DNA of 64,000 nucleotides from an uncultured Actinomycetes bacterium. GTDB lineage: Bacteria; Actinomycetota; Thermoleophilia; Gaiellales; JAICJC01. The notes under the pieces were generated by a model. That model searched no databases. It was not told the DNA's origin and saw only the letters and a list, made by a program, of their open reading frames with translations. The DNA is taken from positions 26,717 through 90,716 of the forward strand of contig CAVPQP010000010.1 of NCBI GenBank assembly GCA_963707585.1, read 5' to 3'. Every line of letters begins with the position of its first letter. The stretch's first letter is position 1. The translations under genes were made by a program, and so were the position numbers. Positions 28,583 through 40,462 of the stretch are shown piece by piece.

Positions 28583-29656
28583 ATGGTGCGGATCGCCCGG
28601 ATCGGACTCCACACCGCCGCGGTGTGCGCGGTGCTGGCCGGGATCGGCTGGATCGCGCCCGCGCTCGCCGACCGGCCGCCGCCCGTCCACGTCACGATCG
28701 ACGGCACCGGCCGCCAGCTGGTCGCGGGCTCGACGCTCGCAGACGCCGTGCGGGATCTGCGGCTGCGCCCGCGGCCGGGCGATCTGGTCGACGTCACCGG
28801 TGTCACCCTGCGCGCCCGCGTGTACCCGGGGCGGGTGCTCGTCGATGGGGCCGCTGTCCCCGGCGCCAGGCGGCTGCGCGACCGCGACCGGCTGCGGCTC
28901 GCGCCCGGCCCGGATCACACCGAGCCCGTCACGGTGCACCGCGTGCCCGTCCCCGGCGGCAGGCCGGCCGACCCGGAGTACCTCCTCGGCCGCGTGCCGG
29001 GTGTCGACGTCACCGTCACGGGCCGGATCTCGGGGAAGGTGGCATCGAGCGCATTTCACGCCACCGGCGCGGCGGTCGTGCCGCACGCGGTCGCGCTCAC
29101 ATTCGACGACGGCCCCTGGCCCGGCGGGCAGACCCTGCGAGTGCTCGCGATCCTGCGGCGGCTGCACGCGCCCGCGACCTTCTTCGTCGTCGGCGAGCTG
29201 GCCCGGCACTTCCCGAGCCTGATCGCCGCGGAGCGGCGCCAGCCCCGGATCCTGGTCGAGGATCACTCCTGGACACATCCGCTCGTGCCCCCGTTCGGGG
29301 AGCAGCGGCCGCGCACGGTCCGCTTCCAGATCGACCGCACGCTGCGCCAGCTCACCGCCGAGAACGTGCACGCCACGCTCTTCCGGCCGCCCGGAGGCGG
29401 GTGGTCCGACCATGTGGTCACGATCGCATCGAGCCTGGGCGTGCGGCTTGTGCTGTGGTCGGTCGACCCCCGCGACTGGGCTGCCGGCGCGACCGGTAAG
29501 AGCGTGAGGCGGGCCGTGCTCAGCCACGTCCACGCCGGCTCGATCGTGATCATGCACGACGGCGGAGGTGACCGCACGGCCACGATCCGGGCGCTGCCGC
29601 ACATCATCCGCGGCATCCGCCGCCGCGGGCTGCGGCTCGTCACCGTCGAGCCGTGA
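28583..29656 (+). CDS. Polysaccharide deacetylase (NodB/CE4) with N-terminal TM anchor and about 140-aa extension
   Basis: 357 aa. TM helix IGLHTAAVCAVLAGIGWIA. NodB motifs VALTFDDGPWP, EDHSWTHP, LFRPPGG and IVIMHDGGG. Confidence 0.8.
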   Translation: MVRIARIGLHTAAVCAVLAGIGWIAPALADRPPPVHVTIDGTGRQLVAGSTLADAVRDLRLRPRPGDLVDVTGVTLRARVYPGRVLVDGAAVPGARRLRDRDRLRLAPGPDHTEPVTVHRVPVPGGRPADPEYLLGRVPGVDVTVTGRISGKVASSAFHATGAAVVPHAVALTFDDGPWPGGQTLRVLAILRRLHAPATFFVVGELARHFPSLIAAERRQPRILVEDHSWTHPLVPPFGEQRPRTVRFQIDRTLRQLTAENVHATLFRPPGGGWSDHVVTIASSLGVRLVLWSVDPRDWAAGATGKSVRRAVLSHVHAGSIVIMHDGGGDRTATIRALPHIIRGIRRRGLRLVTVEP

Positions 29657-29677
29657 GTGGACTAGGCTCACCGGACG

Positions 29678-30244
29678 ATGCCGGTCGACTACACGACGCT
29701 GCCGGCCGATCTGCCCGCTCCGCAGGACGACGGCGCGGCCGACCACCTGCCGGGCACGGCGATGCCTGCGCTCGTGCTCGACTCCTCGCAGGGGCCGGTC
29801 GACCTCGCCGAGCTCACGGCCGAGCGGGCCGTCATCTACGTCTACCCGCACACGGGCGTGCCCGGCGAGCCGCTCCCGGAGGGCTGGGACGCCTTCCCGG
29901 GCGCGCGCGGCTGCACGCCGGAGTCGTGCGGCTTCCGCGACCATGCGGCCGAGCTCGCCGCCCTGGGCGCGCGCGTCGCCGGGCTGTCGGGCCAGCCGAT
30001 CGAGGAGCAGATCGAGCTCGCGCAGCGGATCGGCATCCGCCACCCGGTGATCGCCGATCCACAGCTGCGGCTGCGCGATGCGCTCGCGCTCCCGACGTTC
30101 CGGCTGAACGGCGGGACGTACCTGTGCCGGCTGACGCTCGTCGCCGCAGGCGGCACGATCGTGAAGGCCTTCTACCCGGTGTTCCCGCCCGACCGCCACG
30201 CCGCCGAGGTGCTGGCCTGGCTGCGGGAGCGTGGCCCGCGGTGA
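29678..30244 (+). CDS. Peroxiredoxin (AhpC/TSA-Bcp type)
   Basis: 188 aa. Motifs VIYVYPHTG and GCTPESCGFRD (peroxidatic Cys context). Confidence 0.75.
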   Translation: MPVDYTTLPADLPAPQDDGAADHLPGTAMPALVLDSSQGPVDLAELTAERAVIYVYPHTGVPGEPLPEGWDAFPGARGCTPESCGFRDHAAELAALGARVAGLSGQPIEEQIELAQRIGIRHPVIADPQLRLRDALALPTFRLNGGTYLCRLTLVAAGGTIVKAFYPVFPPDRHAAEVLAWLRERGPR

Positions 30245-31002
30245 GCCGGCTCGCCGGCAAGGCGGCGCTGATCACGGGCGGCGCGTCGGGGATCGGCAGG
30301 GCCACGGCGCGCCTGTTCCTCGAGGAGGGCGCGCGGGTGACGATCGCCGACATCAACCAGCCGCTGCTCGAGGCAACCGCCGCCGAGCTCGGCGGGCTCG
30401 GGCCGGTGCACACCGTCGCCGGAGACGTCGCGAGCTTCGCCGACGGCGAGCGGATGGTGGCCGCGGCCGTGGACGCTCACGGCGGGCTGGACATCGTCGT
30501 CTGCGCCGCGGGCATCACCAGCCGCTCCCGGATCGCCGACCTGTCCGAGCGCGAGTTCGACCGCGTCATCGGCGTCAACCTGAAGGGGATGTACACCGTC
30601 ATCCACGCGGCGGTGCCGCGGCTCGAGGAGCGGGGCGGCGGGGTGATCGTGACGGTGGGCTCCGAGATGGGCTTCGTGGCCGACCCGAACGCGCCGGCCT
30701 ACAACGCCAGCAAGGGCGGCGTCGTCATGTTCACGAAGTCGATCGCGGTCGACCTGATCGCCCGCAACATCCGCGTCAACTGCCTCTGCCCCGGCATCAC
30801 GCAGACGCCGCTTCTGGACGAGGAGGTGGCGACGAGCGCCGACCCCGAGGCCACCCGCGCCGAGTTCGCCCAGTGGGCGCCGATCGGACGGGCGGCCGAC
30901 CCGGTGGAGCAGGCGCGCGGAGCGCTTTACCTGGCGAGCGACGAGAGCTCGTTCGCCGTCGGCACGACGCTCGTCATCGACGGCGGGTACACCGCGACGT
31001 AG
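30241..31002 (+). CDS. SDR-family oxidoreductase
   Basis: GTG 30241 overlaps the upstream stop (GTGA). Motifs AALITGGASGIGRA, YNASKGGV and PGITQTP. Confidence 0.85.
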   Translation: MSRLAGKAALITGGASGIGRATARLFLEEGARVTIADINQPLLEATAAELGGLGPVHTVAGDVASFADGERMVAAAVDAHGGLDIVVCAAGITSRSRIADLSEREFDRVIGVNLKGMYTVIHAAVPRLEERGGGVIVTVGSEMGFVADPNAPAYNASKGGVVMFTKSIAVDLIARNIRVNCLCPGITQTPLLDEEVATSADPEATRAEFAQWAPIGRAADPVEQARGALYLASDESSFAVGTTLVIDGGYTAT

Positions 31003-31012
31003 GCTTGCGGCC

Positions 31013-31468
31013 GTGGTCACGCTCGAGCCGATCACGCCGGCGAACCGCGCCGAGATCGAGGCGCTGCGCGTGGCACCGGCCCAGGAGCGGTTCGTGAGCG
31101 GCGTCGCCGAGTCGCTGCGCGAGGCGGCGGCGGAGCCGGACGGCCGCGCGATCCCCTGGGGCGTCTACGCCGACGGGACGCCGGTCGGGTTCGTGATGAT
31201 CAGCGACGACGTCGGCGCGCCCGGCTACATCGCCCACTACCTGTGGAAGCTCCTGATCGATGCGCGCCGGCAGCGGCAGGGGTACGGCACGGCGACGCTC
31301 GACCTGATCGTCGCCTACTTCCGCGCCCGGCCGGGAGTCGAGGTGCTGTGGACGAGCGCCGGCCAGGGCGACGGCAGCCCGATCCCGTTCTACGAGCGCT
31401 ACGGCTTCGAGCAGACCGGCGAGGTCGTGTTCGACGACGAGGTGCTGCTGCGCCTGCGGCTGGCCTAG
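31013..31468 (+). CDS. GNAT N-acetyltransferase
   Basis: 151 aa. Acetyl-CoA loop RRQRQGYGTATL. C-terminal FYERYGF. Confidence 0.75.
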   Translation: MVTLEPITPANRAEIEALRVAPAQERFVSGVAESLREAAAEPDGRAIPWGVYADGTPVGFVMISDDVGAPGYIAHYLWKLLIDARRQRQGYGTATLDLIVAYFRARPGVEVLWTSAGQGDGSPIPFYERYGFEQTGEVVFDDEVLLRLRLA

Positions 31469-31559
31469 GACGCACGGCCGATGCGCCGGCAGCGGCGCGG
31501 ATGGTTGCATCCGCTCGGTGGCTTTGAAACCATCGCCCGCCACCCGGAAAGGAGGGTTC

Positions 31560-32363
31560 GTGGAGACGATCTGGAACGATGGCCGGCGTTTCTCGGGGCG
31601 GGTTGCACTGGTGACGGGCGCCGGTGGGACGCTGGGTGGCGCGGTCGCGCTCGGGTTCGGCCGCGAGGGCGCCGCGGTGCTCGTCGGCTACCGCGGATCG
31701 CAGGAGGCAGCCGAGTCGGTGGCGGCCGAGATCGCCGCCGCCGGAGGCACGGCTTCGGCCCACCGGCTCGACGTCACCGATCAGATCTCGGTCGATCGGT
31801 TCGTCGCACAGGCGGACGCGCTGCACGGCCGAATCGACGTGCTGGTGAATACGGCCGGGCGCCTCGACGAAGCGGACACCGTCCGGTTCGAGCACATGAG
31901 CGCCGCCGCGGCCGAAGCGCTGTTCGCGGTGGACGTGCTCGGCGCGATGCGGATGTGCCATGCGGTGATCCCGCACATGCGCCGCCACGGCCGCGGCGCG
32001 ATCATCAACTTCTCGAGCACGTACGGCAACGGCATCAACCCGGAGAACGCGATCAACTGGGTGCCGGTCACCTACTGCGCCGCGAAGGGCGCGATCCGCG
32101 GCTTCACCGTGTCCCTGGCGCGCGACATCGCCCCGGAGATCCGAGTCAACGCGCTCGCGCCCGGGCCGATCTCCGGCAACTGGGAGCGGGAGTGGGGCGT
32201 GGCGCCTGAGCACATCGCGGAGGCGAAGGCGATGAATCCGATGCAACGTTTCGGAGACCCCCGCGAGATCGCAGAGACCGTGCTGTTCCTGGCATCGGAC
32301 GGCGCCGGCTACATCAATGGGCAGGTGATCCACGTCGAAGGGGGCTGGGTTCCCGCCGGGTGA
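31560..32363 (+). CDS. SDR-family oxidoreductase
   Basis: GTG 31560 is preceded by GGAAAGGAGGG at 31546-31556. Motifs VALVTGAGGTLGGA, YCAAKGAI and PGPISG. Confidence 0.8.
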   Translation: METIWNDGRRFSGRVALVTGAGGTLGGAVALGFGREGAAVLVGYRGSQEAAESVAAEIAAAGGTASAHRLDVTDQISVDRFVAQADALHGRIDVLVNTAGRLDEADTVRFEHMSAAAAEALFAVDVLGAMRMCHAVIPHMRRHGRGAIINFSSTYGNGINPENAINWVPVTYCAAKGAIRGFTVSLARDIAPEIRVNALAPGPISGNWEREWGVAPEHIAEAKAMNPMQRFGDPREIAETVLFLASDGAGYINGQVIHVEGGWVPAG

Positions 32364-32465
32364 GCCCGGACGGGGCCGGCACAGGCGCGGCCCGGGTGGC
32401 GCCGAGTGGCTGGATCATCCCAACCGGACGACGATCCCCGAGACGGCTTCTGCCATCCATGCCGC

Positions 32466-33887
32466 ATGGTTCCGCTCGCCTCGACGACCGTCGACCTGGC
32501 GCGGATCCAGTTCGCGACGACGTCGATCTACCACTTCCTGTTCGTCCCGCTGACGCTCGGGCTGGCACCGCTCGTCGCCACGATGCAAACGCTCTGGCGC
32601 AGGACGGGCGACGACGCCTGGCTGCGCCTGACCCACTTCTTCGGCGTGCTGCTCCTGATCAACTTTGCCATCGGGGTGGCGACCGGTCTGGTGCAGGAGT
32701 TCCAGTTCGGGATGAGCTGGTCGGTGTATTCGAACTTCGTGGGCGGGGTGTTCGGCGCGCCGCTTGCGATCGAGGGTCTGGCGGCGTTCATGCTGGAGGC
32801 GACGTTTCTCGGTCTGTGGATCTTCGGCTGGGAGCAGCTCCCGCGCGGTCTGCATCTGGCCACGATCTGGATCGTGGCGCTGGCGACCTGGCTTTCGGCC
32901 TACCTGATCCTGGTCGCCAACTCGTGGATGCAACACCCGGTTGGCTACAAGATGGTCAACGGCAAGGCGCAGCTGACCAGCGTGTCTGCGCTGCTTTCGA
33001 ACAGCTTCGCGATCATCGCGTGGATCCACGTGATCCTGGCCGGTCTCATCTTCGGGGCGATGGTGATGTTCGGCATCAGCTGCTGGCACATGCTGCGCGG
33101 GCGCAACCTCGAGCTGTTCGGCCGGGCCGCGAAGCTGGCCCTGATCGTCGCGGTGCCGGCGACGTTGATCCAGCTCTCGGTGGGCAACCGGTTCGGCGAG
33201 GCGGTGACCACCGCGCAGGGCATGAAGATCGCCGCCTCCGAGGCGCAGTGGAATACCTGCGATCCGTGCGGCTTTTCGCTCTTCCAGATCGGCGGGTTCT
33301 CCCAGCAGGACGAGACGCCCAGCTTCTCGATCACGATCCCCGATGTCCTCTCGTGGATGGCGACCGGCTCGTTCAGCGGCCAGGTCGACGGCCTGAACGA
33401 GCTGCAGCAGCAGGAACAGCGGTCGTATGGGCCGGGGAACTACATGCCGAACGTCAGGCTGATGTACTGGTCGATGCGGGTGATGGCGATGCTCGGCGTG
33501 GCGATGTTCCTGATCGCCGCGGTGGGAGCGTGGCTCTACCGCAAGCGGAAGCTGCAGACAACGCGATGGTTCTTGTGGACCGCGGTCGTGGCGATGTCGT
33601 TCCCGTACATCGCCGCCACCGCCGGTTGGATCCTGACCGAGATGGGCCGCCAACCGTGGATCGTGCAGAACCTCTTGAAGACGTCCGCCGCCGTGTCGAC
33701 CGGCCTCGGCACGCCCACGATCGCCGTCAGCCTCGTCGTCTTCGTGCTGCTGTACACCGTGCTCGGCGTGGTGGACTTCATGCTGATGCGGCACTACGCG
33801 CGGCTTGACCCGCCGCCCGCCGGCCGGCCCGGAACCGGCGCGGCGATCGCCGGAGCGGCGCCACCGCTCTCCTTTGGAGGTGAATGA
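32466..33887 (+). CDS. cydA: Cytochrome bd ubiquinol oxidase subunit I
   Basis: ATG 32466 (MVPLASTTVDLARIQFATTSIYHFLFVPLTLG). Q-loop and C-terminal signature EMGRQPWIV. Polytopic membrane protein. Confidence 0.9.
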   Translation: MVPLASTTVDLARIQFATTSIYHFLFVPLTLGLAPLVATMQTLWRRTGDDAWLRLTHFFGVLLLINFAIGVATGLVQEFQFGMSWSVYSNFVGGVFGAPLAIEGLAAFMLEATFLGLWIFGWEQLPRGLHLATIWIVALATWLSAYLILVANSWMQHPVGYKMVNGKAQLTSVSALLSNSFAIIAWIHVILAGLIFGAMVMFGISCWHMLRGRNLELFGRAAKLALIVAVPATLIQLSVGNRFGEAVTTAQGMKIAASEAQWNTCDPCGFSLFQIGGFSQQDETPSFSITIPDVLSWMATGSFSGQVDGLNELQQQEQRSYGPGNYMPNVRLMYWSMRVMAMLGVAMFLIAAVGAWLYRKRKLQTTRWFLWTAVVAMSFPYIAATAGWILTEMGRQPWIVQNLLKTSAAVSTGLGTPTIAVSLVVFVLLYTVLGVVDFMLMRHYARLDPPPAGRPGTGAAIAGAAPPLSFGGE

Positions 33888-33888
33888 G

Positions 33889-34938
33889 GTGAGCCTCCAG
33901 GAGTTCTGGTTCGTGCTGATCGGCGTCCTCTGGAGCGGCTACTTCCTGCTGGAAGGGTTCGACTTCGGCGTCGGGATGCTGCTGCCCGTGCTCCCCCGCG
34001 ACGAGCGCGAGCGCGGCCTCATGTTCGAGTCGATCGGCCCGGTGTGGGACGGCAACGAGGTGTGGCTGGTGGTCGCCGCCGGCGCGACCTTCGCCGCATT
34101 CCCCGCCTGGTACGCGACGCTGTTCTCAGGCTTCTACGTCGCGCTGCTCCTGATCCTCGTGCTGCTGATCGTGCGCGTGGTCTCCTTCGAGTGGCGCGAG
34201 AAGCACGCCAGCGCCCGCTGGCGCGCGACCTGGCTCTGGGCGAACACGATCGGCAGCATCGGCGCCCCCTTCCTGTGGGGGATCGCGCTCGCGAACCTCG
34301 TCGCGGGCGTCCCGCTCGACTCCGCGCACGTGTTCACCGGCGGGATCATCGACCTGTTCAGCGCCTACACCGTGACGGCCGGAGCCGCAGTCGTTTCGGT
34401 GTTCGCCCTGCACGGCGCCACCTATCTGACCCTGCGCACGACCGCAGACCTGCGCGAACGCGCCTCGCGCGCCGCCCAGCGACTGGCGCTGCCCGCCGTC
34501 CTCCTCGGCGGAGGCATCGCCGCATGGACGGTGCTCGTCGCCCACCGTAACAACGACCGCGCGATCCTGCCGACGACCATCCCCGCCGTGGTGACCGCGG
34601 CCATGCTCGTCCTCGCACTGGTGCTCACCCGCACCCGCCGAGACGGCTGGGCCTTCGCCACGACGGGCCTGGGCGCAATCGGCTTCATCGCAACCATCTT
34701 CACCGGCCTCTACCCCCGGGTGCTGGTCTCGGATCCCAGCTTCGGCAACAGCCTGACGATCCAAAACGCTGCGACCGGACACTATGCACTCGTAGTGATC
34801 ACCGTGGCTGCGGCCATCTTCACACCCCTGATCCTGCTCTATCAGGGCTGGACGTACTACGTCCTGCGGGCGCGGCTGACCGGAGCACCCGCAGCGTCGT
34901 CATCGCCGCCCGACGGCCGTCCCCCCGTCGCCGACTGA
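33889..34938 (+). CDS. cydB: Cytochrome bd ubiquinol oxidase subunit II
   Basis: GTG 33889 (or 33880), immediately after the cydA stop. N-terminal LQEFWFVLIGVLWSGYFLLEGFDFGVGMLLP. Motif GPVWDGNEVWL. Confidence 0.9.
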   Translation: MSLQEFWFVLIGVLWSGYFLLEGFDFGVGMLLPVLPRDERERGLMFESIGPVWDGNEVWLVVAAGATFAAFPAWYATLFSGFYVALLLILVLLIVRVVSFEWREKHASARWRATWLWANTIGSIGAPFLWGIALANLVAGVPLDSAHVFTGGIIDLFSAYTVTAGAAVVSVFALHGATYLTLRTTADLRERASRAAQRLALPAVLLGGGIAAWTVLVAHRNNDRAILPTTIPAVVTAAMLVLALVLTRTRRDGWAFATTGLGAIGFIATIFTGLYPRVLVSDPSFGNSLTIQNAATGHYALVVITVAAAIFTPLILLYQGWTYYVLRARLTGAPAASSSPPDGRPPVAD

Positions 34939-34939
34939 C

Positions 34940-35626
34940 ATGCCGGAAGGGTTCCCAGCGGCCGAGTTCGGCGACAAGATCGCGGAGCATGCCGAGCACG
35001 CCGGAAACGGCGACGAGCGGGACTGGTTGCAGATCGTCGAGGCGATCCTGCTCTCGGTGGTCGCGATCATCGCCGCCTACACGGTCTACACGTCGGCCCA
35101 GTGGAACACGGAGTCGTCCGTGTCGCTCGCGCATGCGTCGGCTGACCGCACCAAGGCCAACCGGGCCGACCTGGAGGCGCTCACCACCCGCAACTTCGAC
35201 GCCTCGACGTTCAACGCGTGGTTCACCGCCTACATCGCCCGGAACGAGCGCGGGATGCGGCTGGCCGCGAAACGCTTCACACCCCAGTTCCGGGCGGCCT
35301 TCAACGCCTGGTGGGCGACCCACCCGGAGACCAACCCGGACGCGCCGCCCGGCCCCACCTACATGCCCCAGTACCACCCCGCCGGAGTCGCGCAGTCGCG
35401 TGCGCTCGATACTGCGGCCGACGTGTTCTTCGCGGCGGGCGAGCACGCCGGGGCGACGGCGGACAAGTACGTGCGCGTGACGGTGTTCCTGGCGAGCGTG
35501 CTCTTCCTGGTCGGCATCAGCACGCACTTCCCGCTCCGCTCCGCCCGATACGGCCTGGTGAGCGTCGCCGTCCTGCTGCTCGCCTTTTCGCTCATCCAAC
35601 TCCTCCAGCTGCCCCGTCCGCCGTGA
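34940..35626 (+). CDS. Hypothetical membrane protein (possibly DUF4337-like), tightly linked to cydB
   Basis: 228 aa. The ATG lies 1 nt after the cydB stop. One TM helix near residues 30-50 and hydrophobic C-terminal helices (VTVFLASVLFLVGI, LVSVAVLLLAFSLI). No catalytic motif recognised. Confidence 0.55.
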   Translation: MPEGFPAAEFGDKIAEHAEHAGNGDERDWLQIVEAILLSVVAIIAAYTVYTSAQWNTESSVSLAHASADRTKANRADLEALTTRNFDASTFNAWFTAYIARNERGMRLAAKRFTPQFRAAFNAWWATHPETNPDAPPGPTYMPQYHPAGVAQSRALDTAADVFFAAGEHAGATADKYVRVTVFLASVLFLVGISTHFPLRSARYGLVSVAVLLLAFSLIQLLQLPRPP

Positions 35627-35689
35627 TGAAGGCAATCGCCCCGATGGGATGATGGGGCCGGTGGGAGGTCGACTAGGTTCGAGGCCAGG

Positions 35690-37003
35690 ATGCCGGAGAG
35701 GACTCACGAGCGCACCCGACCGCGCGTGCTCATCCTCGGCGGAGGCTTCGCCGGTATCGGCGCGGCCCGCCAGCTGAAGGACGCTGACGCCGACGTCGTG
35801 CTCGTGGACAAGCACGACTACCACACCTTCCAGCCGCTGCTCTACCAGGTCGCCACGGATCTGCTCGAGACCAGCGCGGTGGGCCATCCCCTGCGGGATC
35901 TCTTCCACGACCAGCCGAACGCTGCGGTGCACCAGGCCACCGTGACCGGCATCGATCTCGAGGCGCGCACGGTGCAGTTCGCAGAGATGACGCCGATCTC
36001 CTACGACTACCTGGTGCTCGGCCTCGGCGCCGAGGTCAACTTCTTCGGCGTCGCCGGCGCCGCCGAGCACGCGTTCCCGCTCTACACGCTTGCCGACGCC
36101 GCCCGCCTCAAGGAGCACATCCTGGGGCGGTGGGAGGCGGCCGACCGTGATCCCCGGCTCGCCGCAGACGGCGCGCTCTCCGTCGTCGTCGTCGGCGGCG
36201 GCCCCACGGGCATCGAGAGCGTGGGGGCGATGGCCGAGCTCTACCGCGGGGACTTCAGCAAGGACTACCCCGGGCTGCCGCAGGATCAGGCGCGCCTCAT
36301 GCTGGTGGAAGCGGGCAAGGCGCTGTTTCCGATGTTCAAGTCCGACATCCGCACGTACACCCAGCGGCTGCTGCAGAAGCGCGGAGTCGAGGTGATGCTG
36401 GGCGAGATCGTCGCCTCCGTCGCACCGACGCGGGTGGCGCTGAAGTCGGGCAAGACGCTCAAGGCGCACACGCTCATCTGGGGCGCGGGCATGCAGGGCG
36501 GCGCGATCGTGCGCTCGCTCGGCCTCGACCTGGAGCGGGGGAGCCGCATCCCGGTCGGGCCAGGGCTCGCGATCCCCGCACATCCCGAGGTGTTCGCTGT
36601 CGGCGACGCCGCCTGGATCACCGACACGAAGACGCAGGAGGTGCTCCCCCAGCTGGGGTCGGTGGCGCTGCAGGCCGGCGAGCGCGCCGGCAAGAACATC
36701 GCCCGGCTGGTCGCCGGCAGGCAGCCCGAGCCGTTCGTCTACGAGGACAAGGGCACCATGGCGACGATCGGCCGCGGCGCTGCGGTCATCCAGATGCGGG
36801 GCGGCCGCACGATCAAGGGCAAGGCCGCCTCACTCGCCTGGGGGGCCGTCCATCTCGCACTGCTCTCGACCGGTGAGGACCGGGCGAAGGCGGTGGTGAA
36901 CTGGACATGGGCCGGATTCACCCACGAGCGGGCGGCCCGCATCACCGTGCGCACGACCGAGCCGGCGCCGGTCGAGGACGCACCCGCGCTCACCCCGCGC
37001 TGA
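35690..37003 (+). CDS. ndh: Type II NADH dehydrogenase (NDH-2)
   Basis: 437 aa. Two dinucleotide folds, VLILGGGFAGIGAA and VVVVGGGPTGIE. Motif FAVGDAA. Confidence 0.85.
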   Translation: MPERTHERTRPRVLILGGGFAGIGAARQLKDADADVVLVDKHDYHTFQPLLYQVATDLLETSAVGHPLRDLFHDQPNAAVHQATVTGIDLEARTVQFAEMTPISYDYLVLGLGAEVNFFGVAGAAEHAFPLYTLADAARLKEHILGRWEAADRDPRLAADGALSVVVVGGGPTGIESVGAMAELYRGDFSKDYPGLPQDQARLMLVEAGKALFPMFKSDIRTYTQRLLQKRGVEVMLGEIVASVAPTRVALKSGKTLKAHTLIWGAGMQGGAIVRSLGLDLERGSRIPVGPGLAIPAHPEVFAVGDAAWITDTKTQEVLPQLGSVALQAGERAGKNIARLVAGRQPEPFVYEDKGTMATIGRGAAVIQMRGGRTIKGKAASLAWGAVHLALLSTGEDRAKAVVNWTWAGFTHERAARITVRTTEPAPVEDAPALTPR

Positions 37004-37100
37004 TCGACCTCGAGCTGGGGGCAGGTCACCCCATCTGGATTAAGCGCGCGGCCGCCGCGGCGCTCAACCTGGATCCGGACACCAAAGGGGGGACTTCGGC

Positions 37101-38545
37101 ATGACGACCGGCGCAGCATCTTCGGTGAAGGCACGGCCACGGGCGCGATCGGTACCGGCGGACGGCCAGGCGGCCGACGTGCTGGTGATCTTCGGGATCA
37201 CCGGCGACCTGGCCAAGGTAATGACGTTCCACTCGCTCTACCGGCTCGAGCAGCGCGGGCTGCTCGACTGCCCGATCGTCGGCGTGGCGGTTAACGACTG
37301 GACGATCGACCACCTCCGCGACCATGCCCGCGAGTGCATCGCCGGCACGGGCGAGACCATCGACGACAAGGTCTTCCGCCGCTTCGCCGACCGGCTCTCG
37401 TACGTCGAGGGCGACTTCGGCGACGCCGCCACATACGAGCGCGTCGGCGCGGCGATCGGGTCGGCCGAGCTGCCGGTCTTCTACCTCGAGATCCCGCCCT
37501 TCCTCTTCGGCACCGTGGTCAAGGGCCTGGCCGACGCCGGCCTCACCGCGAACGCCCGGGTGGTGGTCGAGAAGCCGTTCGGGCACGATCTCGCCTCCGC
37601 CCACGCGCTCGCAGAGGAGCTGCACGCTCACATCGACGAGGCGCAGCTCTACCGCATCGACCACTTCCTCGGCAAGATGGGCATCGAGGAGCTGCTCTAT
37701 CTGCGGTTTGCGAACACGATGTTCGAGCCCGTCTGGAACCGCAACTACGTCGAGTGCGTGCAGATCACGATGGCCGAGAGCTTCGGCGTCGACGACCGCG
37801 GCCACTTCTACGACCCGGTCGGTGCGCTGCGCGACGTGGTCGTGAACCACCTCATGCAGGTGGTCGCGGCGACGGCCATGGAGCCCCCGGCGGCAGGCGA
37901 CGCCGAGACGCTCAAGAACGCGATCGCCGCGCTCTTCAAGTCCATGCCGCCGGGCGACCCGGCGCACTATGTGCGCGGCCAGCACGACGGCTACCGGTCG
38001 ATCGCCGGCGTCGCGCCCGACTCCACCACCGAGACGTACGCCGCGATGCGCCTCCACATCGACAACTGGCGCTGGGCCGGCGTGCCCTTCTACATCCGCA
38101 CCGGCAAGCTCCTGCCCGCCACCCAGACCGAGGTGCGACTCGTGTTCAAGCATCCACCCCGGGTCGGGTTCGCGCAGGCGAGCGACCGCCGGCCGGAGCC
38201 GAACCAGTTCGTCGTGAAGCTCGACCCGTCGACCGGCGTCCGGCTCGTCGCCGATGCGCGCCGCGCCGACGCGGTCGGGCCGGAGCCGATCTCGCTCGAC
38301 ATGGAGTTCGCCGCCGAGGGCGGCGAGGGGGCGACGCCGTACGAGGTGCTGCTGCATGCCGCGCTCGTCGGCAACAGCACCCGGTTCGGACGCCAGGACT
38401 GCGTCGAGGAGCAGTGGCGGGTGATGCAGCCGCTGGTCGACTCGCCCCCGCCCGTGCACCCGTACGCCCCCGGGTCATGGGGCCCGGCGGCCGCGGACAA
38501 GCTGGTTGCCGGCTTCGGCCGCTGGCACGGACCGTGGGTGGTGTC

Positions 38546-38549
<4 letters not shown>
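37101..38549 (+). CDS. zwf: Glucose-6-phosphate 1-dehydrogenase
   Basis: 482 aa. Motifs VIFGITGDLA, EKPFGHDL and the active-site RIDHFLGK. Confidence 0.92.

Positions 38550-40461
<1,912 letters not shown>

Positions 40462-40462
<1 letters not shown>

Noticed and set aside
36907-37104. 65-aa ORF in the ndh-zwf spacer.
   Set aside because: It overlaps the 3-prime end of ndh in another frame, has no SD or promoter-like signal, and is low-complexity in sequence.
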